From: Verrucomicrobia bacterium UBA1200
Lineage (GTDB): Bacteria; Verrucomicrobiota; Kiritimatiellia; RFP12; UBA1067
Reading direction: 5' to 3'
Length of the DNA: 64,000 bases
Assembly (NCBI GenBank): GCA_002309765.1
Contig: DBXY01000017.1
Location: 52,820 to 116,819 of the forward strand
The notes below the pieces were generated by a model. The model was not told where the DNA came from, did not search any database, and saw only the letters and a list, made by a program, of their open reading frames with translations. Positions within the stretch are counted from its first letter, which is position 1; each line of letters starts with the position of its first letter. Made by a program: the position numbers and the translations under genes. Shown in pieces: positions 35,070-42,553 of this stretch.

Positions 35070-36152
35070 TTACAGGTTAATCACGCTAATGGTGTTGGCT
35101 TTGTCGTTGCTGGTGTTCATCAGTCCGGGGAAGGTCCAGTCGAAGTTGACGATTAAGAGCTTGCCTTTCCAGACCATCGGCTCGCAGGGTTGGTCCAGCA
35201 GACCGTCCGCGCCGTCGGTATCACCGTTCTGCCAGATTAGGCCCAGCTTCTTGGCGTCGATATCCCAATAGCGGACCGCGTTCATGGCGGAATCGGTCAT
35301 GATGACCCAATTCTTCTTCGCGTAGTAGCAAATGCCGTCGCAGCACGGCCACACATTCGGATCGTAGAATAGCAGCTCCGGCTTGCCATACGTGCCGTCC
35401 GCATTACGCTTCATCGTGTAGAAATGCCCGTCGCCGAACGTGCCGGTATAGATGTTGCCGTCCTTGTCGAGGCAAACGCCGTCCGCGCCGGAATTGTCAT
35501 TACGGACCGGAAGCAGCACGGTATCGGTCTTGCCGAGGAAATAGGGATCTTTCTCCATCTGATCCTTGTTTAGCAACTGAACGGGCTTCTCCGAAAACGC
35601 GCTCATCGGCACGCGGTAAACCGCGCCGTGGTTCGCGTTGGGCAAATCGGACTGGGTATCGGAAAAAATCAGCTCGTCCTTGTAGAAACGGATTGCGTTC
35701 GCCAATTTGATCCGCTCGATGACCGGCTCGATCCTCACGGGTTGACCGTTAGGACCAATCACAACGCGCAATATCCGCGACTGGTAATCCTTGTCGAAGA
35801 AGTACTGGTTGTCGCAATAGTAGAGATTGCCGTCCGGCCCCAGTTCAATGCCCATCGGGCCTGCCCGCCCGGTTTTCTCATTCAGAAGCGCCTGAACGAA
35901 AATCGACCACTCGCCCTTCGCGGTCCGCTTCATGATCACCGGCGCATAGCGCTTGTCGATGTAGTTCGGAACTGACATGTAGATGTCACCGTTTTTATGC
36001 TGGGTCAAGCCGTCCAGCACATGCAGGTTGTCGCCGAACATCGCGAAGAGTTTCGGACGGTATTTCTCATTGGGTTTCTCCTGCGCGGAAACCAACTGTG
36101 CGCCGCATAGGAGCGCGGCCGTAAGAACGAGAAGCATGGGAGATGTTTTCAT
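35070..36152 (-). CDS. Exported SMP-30/gluconolactonase/LRE-like six-bladed beta-propeller protein
   Basis: Signal peptide MKTSPMLLVLTAALLCGAQLVSA (start 36152; alternative 36158). Repeated GPDGNLY / DKDGNIY blade motifs. Paralogous to the 42554-43669 product. Confidence 0.68.
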   Translation of the reverse strand: MKTSPMLLVLTAALLCGAQLVSAQEKPNEKYRPKLFAMFGDNLHVLDGLTQHKNGDIYMSVPNYIDKRYAPVIMKRTAKGEWSIFVQALLNEKTGRAGPMGIELGPDGNLYYCDNQYFFDKDYQSRILRVVIGPNGQPVRIEPVIERIKLANAIRFYKDELIFSDTQSDLPNANHGAVYRVPMSAFSEKPVQLLNKDQMEKDPYFLGKTDTVLLPVRNDNSGADGVCLDKDGNIYTGTFGDGHFYTMKRNADGTYGKPELLFYDPNVWPCCDGICYYAKKNWVIMTDSAMNAVRYWDIDAKKLGLIWQNGDTDGADGLLDQPCEPMVWKGKLLIVNFDWTFPGLMNTSNDKANTISVINL

Positions 36153-36286
36153 GTTCATTCCTTTCGATTGATTTTGATCTCTATCGTTGGATGAGTATGC
36201 CATAAATTAAGCCCCGGCGCAAGGCGAAATTTTGGCCAATCAAAATCGACTCGCGTCAATCATCTCCATTGCCCCGGGCTCAGACT

Positions 36287-38080
36287 TCACCGACCTCCGG
36301 ATGAAAGTTCATGCGCGAGGACCAGAAACGCCGATGCCGTCCACGTGTAGGCCGGATCGCGGCGGGCCTCGCCGGTCTTTGCGTCGAAGTTTTCTGAGAA
36401 GCCGGACTTCATTATGAGCTTGCAAAACTTGAGCGAAATCTCGTCCGCAAGCGCGTCCTCGCCGCAGGCGCGAAGCCCTTCCACCGCGATGAGGGTGGAC
36501 GGTCCCCAGATCGGGCCTTTCCAATACCCGTCGGGGTGGTAGTGCTTGCTGTTCACTGACTCCGAAGCGAGTCCCCACTCGGTGATGAAACCCTTCTCCT
36601 TGATGTCGGCTATCATCCTCGCACGGCATTTCTCGGGCAGACGCTTGCCGAGGATGAGCGGCAAACGGGTGACGAGCGATAGCGAATCGCGGTCGAAACC
36701 GCCGTCGCGCAGCCGCCGCACACGCGGCGCACCATCCTCGTCGAAGAGTGTCTTCACCGTCGCGTCGAGCATTTTCCGCGAACGCGCGGTCCACTGCGAA
36801 GCTTCCCCGTCCTTGCCGATCGTCTTCGCGATATCGGCAAGGCACTCCATCTGGAGAATCAGGAACGCCTGCAGGTCGGGCGTTTCGAGCGGAGGACGAT
36901 TCATGCAAATCGCGGTGGAGTTGTCCCACCCCGAATCGCAGCCGTCAAGATACTCTGCAAGGCCGTTGCGGTCGAAATCGCGGCAGGTTAGCCACCACTC
37001 CGTCCACTTGCCGATCAGTGCGTAGGCGGTCTCAAGTCGGTCCTTCGGAAACTCCTTCATGGCGCGCAACTTTGAGAAGATCCATCCGTGGACCGGCGGC
37101 TTGACCGCAAGCCAAAAAATCTGCTCGTCGGAGACCATGTCGGGCATCATGCCTTCGGGAGACATAAAGTCGAACATGCAGCGGAACTGCTCCCATGCGG
37201 CATCTTGGTCGCGGTAGCCGAGACTGAGCGAATTGATCGCATGGTCCCAGCTCCAGGTCTTGTTCATCCAGTTGTTGCTCATCAGCATCATGGGGCGCTT
37301 GAACATTCCTCGCGGACCCGCGATGGTAGTCCAAAACAGCACCGCCGCCTCGTGCCGCGCCCACTCGAATTCCTCCGGCACCGAAGGCAGCGAGGCGTAC
37401 ATCTTTTCGAAACTCGCCTTCTGGGTAACTACCGCCGCTTCGAACGTCCCCTTAACTTCTGCGCCGTCCCAGTCTCCGGTATGGATGTCCAGAAGCGCCA
37501 CTTCGATGCCGTCCTTCGACGGATGCACGCGCACGGTGTTACCCTGATCGGGATCGCGCACTCCGGTACGGGTGTCCATCAAAATGCGGTCCGCATTGAA
37601 GTGCATATAGTCGATGGTACGCCCGAAAGTGGACGGGAAGTCGTACTTCTGGCGCGGAAACTGGTACTCGAAACGGATGTGCATCTCCGGGGACTTCGAA
37701 CGTACCAGCACCACATCGGGACGCGCATAGGCGAATTCGATCGCCCCCTTCGCCGTCCGCGCCTCCAGCCAGCCGTCGCGCATCACGCACTCCGTAACCT
37801 CAACATCCTTGCCGTCCACCGACGGCACGAGGCGGCACACGTCCTCGCGCCAGGCGGTGCTGACATTGCGGATCCAGAGTCCGGGATACGTCTTGAACAT
37901 GTACTTTCCCTTCTCATGGCGGCCCACGGTCAGGAACGACCCCGGTACGCTGTACGGGAACCCCGGATTGCCCACCTTCACCGGCTCTGCGGCTGATACC
38001 GCCGTTGCCGCCGCAAAGACGGCGGACATTACCAATGTCTTCAATTCTTTGGTCTTGTAGAGTGCTTTCCCTGTCGCCAT
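36287..38080 (-). CDS. Exported GH63 / MGH1-like (alpha/alpha)6-barrel glycoside hydrolase
   Basis: Start at ATG 38080 (MATGKALYKTKELKTLVMSAVFAAATAVSA), with AAGGA upstream. Motifs LDGCDSGWDNS, GYWKGPIWGPS and YTWTASAFL are typical of GH63/trehalase-like barrels. Confidence 0.68.
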   Translation of the reverse strand: MATGKALYKTKELKTLVMSAVFAAATAVSAAEPVKVGNPGFPYSVPGSFLTVGRHEKGKYMFKTYPGLWIRNVSTAWREDVCRLVPSVDGKDVEVTECVMRDGWLEARTAKGAIEFAYARPDVVLVRSKSPEMHIRFEYQFPRQKYDFPSTFGRTIDYMHFNADRILMDTRTGVRDPDQGNTVRVHPSKDGIEVALLDIHTGDWDGAEVKGTFEAAVVTQKASFEKMYASLPSVPEEFEWARHEAAVLFWTTIAGPRGMFKRPMMLMSNNWMNKTWSWDHAINSLSLGYRDQDAAWEQFRCMFDFMSPEGMMPDMVSDEQIFWLAVKPPVHGWIFSKLRAMKEFPKDRLETAYALIGKWTEWWLTCRDFDRNGLAEYLDGCDSGWDNSTAICMNRPPLETPDLQAFLILQMECLADIAKTIGKDGEASQWTARSRKMLDATVKTLFDEDGAPRVRRLRDGGFDRDSLSLVTRLPLILGKRLPEKCRARMIADIKEKGFITEWGLASESVNSKHYHPDGYWKGPIWGPSTLIAVEGLRACGEDALADEISLKFCKLIMKSGFSENFDAKTGEARRDPAYTWTASAFLVLAHELSSGGR

Positions 38081-38157
38081 GGACTTTTCCTTTCTTGGGC
38101 TGTTGAACGTATTAGGCACATGCGTAATCCTCTTAACTGTGAGAACTTCGTATATCC

Positions 38158-38197
38158 CGATATTTTCAAGTGGCACTTGAAAATATCGGTTAAAAAC
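38158..38197. promoter_or_regulatory. 40-bp palindromic element, copy 1 (CGATATTTTCAAG-TGGCA-CTTGAAAATATCG followed by GTTAAAAAC)
   Basis: Perfect 13-bp inverted arms. It lies 78-117 nt upstream of the GH63-like ATG. A third half-site, TTGAAAAT, is at 38225-38232. A near-identical copy is at 48233-48272. Confidence 0.6.
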
Positions 38198-38253
38198 GGA
38201 TGCGATTTCTCATAAACACCTCTTTTGAAAATACTCCTCAACTGAATGAGTGC

Positions 38254-38282
38254 ATTATACCGTTTCTTGACCGTCAATACAA
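38254..38282 (-). promoter_or_regulatory. Sigma70-like promoter candidate (TTGTAT-17-TATAAT) for the GH63-like operon
   Basis: -35 at 38277-38282 and -10 at 38254-38259 on the minus strand. If this promoter is used, the palindromic element lies inside the 5' leader. Confidence 0.35.
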
Positions 38283-38453
38283 GTTACAAAAAGCACAGTA
38301 TCTCCTTCAAAAGAGCCGGCCCGAAAGGCTTGAGCATCAAAGTTCCGGTGTTCCGTCCGTACAACGGTTGCGAATCGTCGAAAAAAATCTTGATTAGAAC
38401 TGGCAACAGTTCCACATCATGACCGCCATAGCCTCGGCGAAGGCGGTTGGCAA

Positions 38454-40856
38454 CTATCTGAACAGAACGGTTGTGCCGCCCACATAGAACAGCTTCAGGC
38501 CGGTCTCATCCGCGCGAATGAGGAATCCTCTGCGCCTGGTGTCGTCGTCGAGAGTGAAGGCGACGTTCTCCAAAGCTTCGGCCCATGTCACAAGAAGCGT
38601 GCCCGCCCCCGCAAGCGCATAGCGATCCTGCCGGCCGGCGAAGTTCACGCGGACCGCCGCGTCGGCTGCGAACGACACGTTGGCGATCGGCCACTCGCCG
38701 TTCCAGTCCACGAGGCAGAGCGTGGACTCGCCGGAGAGGGTGCATCCGTACGCGCCCGTTGCAACGGGCGTGTAGGCATTGAGGAACGAAAACGTTCCGC
38801 TTGCAATGCCGGCACCGGTGTTCAAGGCCTTCGCGCCCTCCGCGAAATCGTAGATGTAGGCCTGCATATTGGCGTTGCCGTTGAAATCGACCGCGCCGGC
38901 AGCAGACGACTCGATTCCCGCGCCATCCGCGCCGCATGGACGCGCACCGGCGCCTGCCTTGAGAATGCCTCCCTCGATCACCGTTCCGCCAGCGTAGCCC
39001 TGAAGCGCCTTCGCCATCACGAGCGTTCCAGCGCCTTCCTTCACGAGTTTCAATCCGCCCGTAAGAGCGACGGCGCAGAACGCGGTCTCGCCGTCCGCCA
39101 CCACGATGTGCAGCCTGCCGCCTACGACCGGCGTGAGCGGCTCTTCCGGCGTGTCGAACTCAGCGGAACCGGCATTCGCCTTGACATAGAATCCGCCCTC
39201 TACCAGATCGAGCATGCCCGGCCTGCCGTCGATCTTCCTGCGCACGGGCACGAAGTTGCGCACGAGCTTTCCGGCGTCGTATATCTTGCAGAACCACACC
39301 TTGCACTTGCACGGCCACCCCCCCGTAGCGGAACTGTCCGACTGGTTTATAGCGAAAAGAAAATCGTTTCCCGAGGTGTTGTTGCCGTCGGTTCTATTGC
39401 CGTTTGCGAGATCGTAGTTTATAGAGGCGTCTTCAGGGGATGTCACCGTGTTCGCGCCGCTTTTCGATATATGTATGTCGTAGACTCTGTTGGCCGTCAC
39501 ATTGTAGGAAGAAGTTCCTGCCTGGTTCTGGCACGTCTTGTTCATGAATTTGGAACCATTCAGCCATACGCCGAACTGTGTGGCGTTATTGTTGGTGTTT
39601 CTGGCGCCGTAAACGACCTGATAGCTGCCGGGACTCGTATAAGCCACGCGCACGTCAACTTCAGTCTTCGCGTTGTGGCGGTAGCCGGTGTCGATGTACT
39701 GAGTCTTGTTTCCTCCATTGGCCGATTGGGCCGCGCCGTCCTGCGTGGCCTGTAGGTAGTCATAGCGTTCGTATCCCGAAAACGCCGTGCCGAAATTGTC
39801 CGTGATCGTGCCGTCGCCGACGAGCGCCGGAACGCGGAGGTCGTATCCGGCAAGGTCGAGAACAGTGCCGGCCTCGACGATTAGGAGCGGCAGCGCGCTC
39901 CAGTCGGTGTCCTTCGCAACCACGCCGCCCACCACGACGCATTTGGCGGAGACGGAAAGGGACGCGAGGTCGTACGATGCGTCTTCCGATGTGGCGAGCC
40001 GCAGATGGCCCGATTCGTCCGCATCCGCTCCCGCGACAAAAGTCCCCGAGCCCATGTTGGGGTAGAACGTGGCGTCGTTCGCGAGATCCAGCATTCCGAG
40101 GGCGCCGTCGGCATCGCGCCGCACCGGCACCATGTCGCGCACAAGCGTGTCGCCGGAGTAGATTCTGCAGAAATAGATCTTCGCGCGGGAGATAAAGGCC
40201 GGCGCCTTTCCGTTGGCGCCAGCGTCCTGATTGATGGCGAACAGAAAATCCGTCCACGTGAGCGCGTCGCCCGCAGTGGCGGTGCCAAGGCTGACGGGCT
40301 CGCCCTCCCCAGGCGTGACCGTGCTTTCGCCGCCTTTGTCGAGATGCAGATCGTAGATTGTCGTCGTATCCACCGTAAGCGAATCGATGTTCGCCGCCGC
40401 CGCGCCGAATGCCCGGCGGAACTTGGCGTAGTTCAGCCACATCGAGAAACCTTTTGCCGTGTCGGCCTTGGTGTTTCTGGCTCCGTAAAAGCTCTGCCAC
40501 TGCTCGCCGACAGACGTGAACGAGATTCTCAGGTCAACCTTGGTGGTCGTGTCGTGAATGTATCCGGTGTCGATATACTGGCTGCCCGTGGACTGGATGT
40601 ACGCAAGCCGGGTATAGCCGCCTGAGTATTTGCTGTCGATGATTCTGCCGGCGCCGGAAAGGCCGACTACGGTCAGCGAATGGCCGTTGAGATCCATCGT
40701 CACGCCCTCCGCAATCGTCACAGTGCCTTCAGACGTCCAGTCGGCGTCTTCCGTCAACGTGACATCCTCGGTGATGTTCACCGCTGCATACGACTGCAAA
40801 GGCGCCGTCGCTACGCAGATTGCCGCCACGAATGCAATCAGTTTGCTCATGCTCAT
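38454..40856 (-). CDS. Exported 800-aa surface protein with two copies of an unclassified ~250-aa module and an autotransporter-associated beta-strand repeat region
   Basis: Signal peptide MSMSKLIAFVAAICVATAPLQSYA. Duplicated module with QYIDTGY, YGARNT, DFLFAINQ and VPVRR..DG..GMLDL. LVKEGAGTLVMAKALQGYAGGTVIEGGILKAG repeat. C-terminus ...YVGGTTVLFR. Confidence 0.7.
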   Translation of the reverse strand: MSMSKLIAFVAAICVATAPLQSYAAVNITEDVTLTEDADWTSEGTVTIAEGVTMDLNGHSLTVVGLSGAGRIIDSKYSGGYTRLAYIQSTGSQYIDTGYIHDTTTKVDLRISFTSVGEQWQSFYGARNTKADTAKGFSMWLNYAKFRRAFGAAAANIDSLTVDTTTIYDLHLDKGGESTVTPGEGEPVSLGTATAGDALTWTDFLFAINQDAGANGKAPAFISRAKIYFCRIYSGDTLVRDMVPVRRDADGALGMLDLANDATFYPNMGSGTFVAGADADESGHLRLATSEDASYDLASLSVSAKCVVVGGVVAKDTDWSALPLLIVEAGTVLDLAGYDLRVPALVGDGTITDNFGTAFSGYERYDYLQATQDGAAQSANGGNKTQYIDTGYRHNAKTEVDVRVAYTSPGSYQVVYGARNTNNNATQFGVWLNGSKFMNKTCQNQAGTSSYNVTANRVYDIHISKSGANTVTSPEDASINYDLANGNRTDGNNTSGNDFLFAINQSDSSATGGWPCKCKVWFCKIYDAGKLVRNFVPVRRKIDGRPGMLDLVEGGFYVKANAGSAEFDTPEEPLTPVVGGRLHIVVADGETAFCAVALTGGLKLVKEGAGTLVMAKALQGYAGGTVIEGGILKAGAGARPCGADGAGIESSAAGAVDFNGNANMQAYIYDFAEGAKALNTGAGIASGTFSFLNAYTPVATGAYGCTLSGESTLCLVDWNGEWPIANVSFAADAAVRVNFAGRQDRYALAGAGTLLVTWAEALENVAFTLDDDTRRRGFLIRADETGLKLFYVGGTTVLFR
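39159..39923 (-). repeat. Intragenic module copy 2 in the 800-aa protein (aa 312-566)
   Basis: DTDWSALPLLIVEAGTVLDLAGYDL...GYERYDYLQAT...QYIDTGYRHNAKTEVDVRV...VYGARNTNNN...NDFLFAINQ...VWFCKIYDAGKLVRNFVPVRRKIDGRPGMLDL. Co-linear with copy 1. Confidence 0.75.
40035..40775 (-). repeat. Intragenic module copy 1 in the 800-aa protein (aa 28-274)
   Basis: DADWTSEGTVTIAEGVTMDLNGHSL...GYTRLAYIQST..QYIDTGYIHDTTTKVDLRI...FYGARNTKAD...TDFLFAINQ...IYFCRIYSGDTLVRDMVPVRRDADGALGMLDL. Confidence 0.75.
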
Positions 40857-40943
40857 TTTGTCTTGTCCTTTTTACGTTTTGCATTGCCGCTTCTTGGGGA
40901 AACAGCTGCAACTTCCGCCAGTACCCCTTAACAAATAACTTAT

Positions 40944-40969
40944 ATTATACCCCCCCCCCTCCTTGTCAA
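40944..40969 (-). promoter_or_regulatory. Consensus -35/-10 promoter whose 14-bp spacer is mostly a G10 homopolymer (candidate phase-variable promoter)
   Basis: The minus strand reads TTGACA-AGGA-GGGGGGGGGG-TATAAT. -35 at 40964-40969, C10 on the plus strand at 40950-40959, -10 at 40944-40949. It lies 88 nt upstream of the ATG at 40856. Confidence 0.6.
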
Positions 40970-41114
40970 TTATAAAATGTAAAAAAAATATGGTCGCTCA
41001 ATGCCCCAATCCGAGGAGCCGGGAGAACGGAACGATTGCACGGCGAACGCGCCGTTCGCCGTGTCGTTGCTGGATGTTAGATAACCCCACATGCCACTTT
41101 TCCGATTCCAACAC

Positions 41115-41450
41115 CTAGATATCTCCCGTCCTGATTGGCGTCTTGCATCTTAAATTAGGACGCCACGCCGACGTATCCTCGATCGCAAACAGCCGTTTCA
41201 ACGCATTAATGTACGAAGATACCGTGTCAACCGAAATCGGCGCAGCTTCGTTCGCCACCAAGTCGGCCTTAATAACCGAAACCGCCGATTGCGTTGCCTG
41301 AAGCCGTGCACAGGAGCGCATGAGCCGTCTGGCCCGGCTTTCATTCCTCTCCACACCGTCCACCCGCGAAATGTCACGTTTAACGACTGCATCAAGATAG
41401 GCAAAAGCCCTTCTGAGTGCTGTCCACCCCGTCAACTTGTACTGTTTCAT
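41115..41450 (-). pseudogene. Internal fragment of an AAA-ATPase/DUF4143-family gene
   Basis: A 111-aa ORF (RRLMRSCARLQATQSAVSVIKADLVANEAAPISVDTVSSYINALKRLFAIEDTSAWRPNLRCKTPIRTGD) matches the middle of DUF4143 ATPases (about 400 aa). The N-terminal ATPase domain and the C-terminal third are missing. Confidence 0.65.
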
Positions 41451-41667
41451 GCGGGATTTGTAACTTTTTCTTTATTTCGATGCAACCGCAATTCCGTAAT
41501 TTGTTGGATTATTGTTCCTCAATTTGTTGGCGGAAAAAATCAAGTGCCGCCGCGGTTTTCCAATAATTATATTTACCGATTTTGATGTTAAATCCGGGCA
41601 TTTGTCACAATTTTAGATGGAATGATGTTAATAAACCAAACCACATAAGTTGACCAACAAGTCATGA

Positions 41668-41697
41668 TTGACACAAGATGCCAACACATGTTAATAT
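41668..41697 (+). promoter_or_regulatory. Sigma70-like promoter for vapBC (TTGACA-18-TGtTAATAT)
   Basis: TTGACA at 41668-41673 and TAATAT at 41692-41697, preceded by TG (extended -10). It lies 27 nt upstream of the vapB ATG, which has a GGAGG RBS. Confidence 0.55.
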
Positions 41698-41723
41698 ATG
41701 GCGTTTTCAAGGAGGATTCTATC

Positions 41724-41954
41724 ATGCAGACAGTAATGAACGTAAACGAAGCGAAAGCTAACTTTTCCGGAATGCTTTCCGAGGTGGAATCGGGTCTCGT
41801 CTCGTTCACTATAATGAGATACGGACACCCGATTGCAAAACTCGTCCCGATCGAACGAACCCGTAAAATACGCCCGCTGTCCGGTTATGGCTCGAAGATA
41901 GCGATCAAAGGAGATCTCTTTTCCGACGACTCCGCTTTGTGGGAGAATGCCTGA
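41724..41954 (+). CDS. vapB: Type II antitoxin, Phd/YefM family
   Basis: 76 aa from ATG 41724, with GGAGG 8 nt upstream. MQTVMNVNEAKANFSGMLSEVESG..FTIMRYGHPIAKLVPIE is the Phd/YefM N-terminal fold signature. Its stop overlaps the vapC start (TGATG). Confidence 0.85.
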   Translation: MQTVMNVNEAKANFSGMLSEVESGLVSFTIMRYGHPIAKLVPIERTRKIRPLSGYGSKIAIKGDLFSDDSALWENA

Positions 41955-42337
41955 TGCGTTATCTGCTCGACACCTGCGCACTAATCTGGCTCGGTATGGG
42001 CGGTGGAGACCTTAGCGCCGACGCCCGTAGGCGCATTTCCGTAGCCTCCGTACTCCATTATTCATCCATATCGGTTTGGGAAGTCGCACGTCTTATGAAA
42101 GATGGCAAAGTCATCATCCCTAACAACGTTGACAACTTTATTGCCGACCTTAAAGAACAATACGGAATCGCCGTCATTCCGCCAACGGATGACATCATGA
42201 TCCGTGCCGCCCAGCTTCCGGATTTTCACAAAGACCCTGCCGATAGAATTATCATTGCCACTTCGCTGGTCTATGATTTGACGATCGTGACCGGTGACGG
42301 CAAGTTTCTTCAATACGGCGTCAGAACCATCTGCTGA
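41954..42337 (+). CDS. vapC: Type II toxin VapC (PIN-domain ribonuclease)
   Basis: 127 aa from ATG 41954. MRYLLDTCALIWL (first acidic residue), SVWEVARL, DPADRIIIATS and IVTGDGKF give the PIN-domain pattern. Confidence 0.9.
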   Translation: MRYLLDTCALIWLGMGGGDLSADARRRISVASVLHYSSISVWEVARLMKDGKVIIPNNVDNFIADLKEQYGIAVIPPTDDIMIRAAQLPDFHKDPADRIIIATSLVYDLTIVTGDGKFLQYGVRTIC

Positions 42338-42362
42338 AAACGCCAGCCGCCGGAAAAGAAAA

Positions 42363-42393
42363 GCCGAGACGGCCTAAAAAGACCGCGCCCGGC
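42363..42393. terminator. Imperfect GC hairpin between convergent vapC and the adhesin remnant (bidirectional terminator candidate)
   Basis: GCCGAGACGG-CCTAAAAAGA-CCGCGCCCGGC, flanked by an A-run upstream and TTT downstream. A homologous hairpin is at 48511-48541. Confidence 0.45.
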
Positions 42394-42411
42394 TTTAAGA
42401 CCGAATACCTT

Positions 42412-42534
42412 TTAGCGAAAATTCATAATCGTCGAAACATCTAGCCGGATGAACCGGCGCCCGTCACCCGTCTTGCAGAATACGTCGACGATGCCGTTCT
42501 TCTCAAGGGAAGTGCGCGGCGGCAGTTCGGCGAC
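42412..42534 (-). pseudogene. Remnant: last ~40 codons of a paralogue of the 1751-aa surface-protein gene
   Basis: The minus strand translates ...VAELPPRTSLEKNGIVDVFCKTGDGRRFIRLDVSTIMNFR*. Compare ...TGEIPPLVNLDIKNGMVRIWRDVSTIMILR* at the end of the 48560-53815 gene. No upstream coding continuation. Confidence 0.6.
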
Positions 42535-42553
42535 ATGTACTCGACATCGGTTA

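Larger units (their letters stand above)
42194..42534. repeat. Direct repeat, left copy (vapC 3' end, bidirectional hairpin, 3' end of an adhesin gene)
   Basis: Aligns with 48341-48652. 135 of 144 nt are identical over the vapC part, and about 9 in 10 over the 75-nt intergenic part. After that, similarity is recognisable mainly at protein level. Confidence 0.8.

Noticed and set aside
38171-38176. TGGCAC in the loop of the palindromic element as a sigma54 -24 box
   Set aside because: No GC-containing -12 element (TTGC) follows at the required spacing on either strand, in either copy. Copy 2 reads TGCCAC on this strand.
38200-38397. 65-aa plus-strand ORF in the long intergenic region
   Set aside because: It has no RBS, sits in AT-rich promoter-type sequence and has no recognisable family. 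The region is better explained as a regulatory or leader region of the GH63-like operon.
42062-42313. 83-aa minus-strand ORF, and its look-alike at 48152-48460
   Set aside because: Both are antisense translations of vapC and of the vapC fragment. They resemble each other only because the underlying DNA is duplicated.
40857-42553. Calling the AT-rich islet a mobile genetic element
   Set aside because: I could find no integrase, transposase, terminal inverted repeats or tRNA-adjacent att-like site. Only composition and gene decay point to foreign origin.
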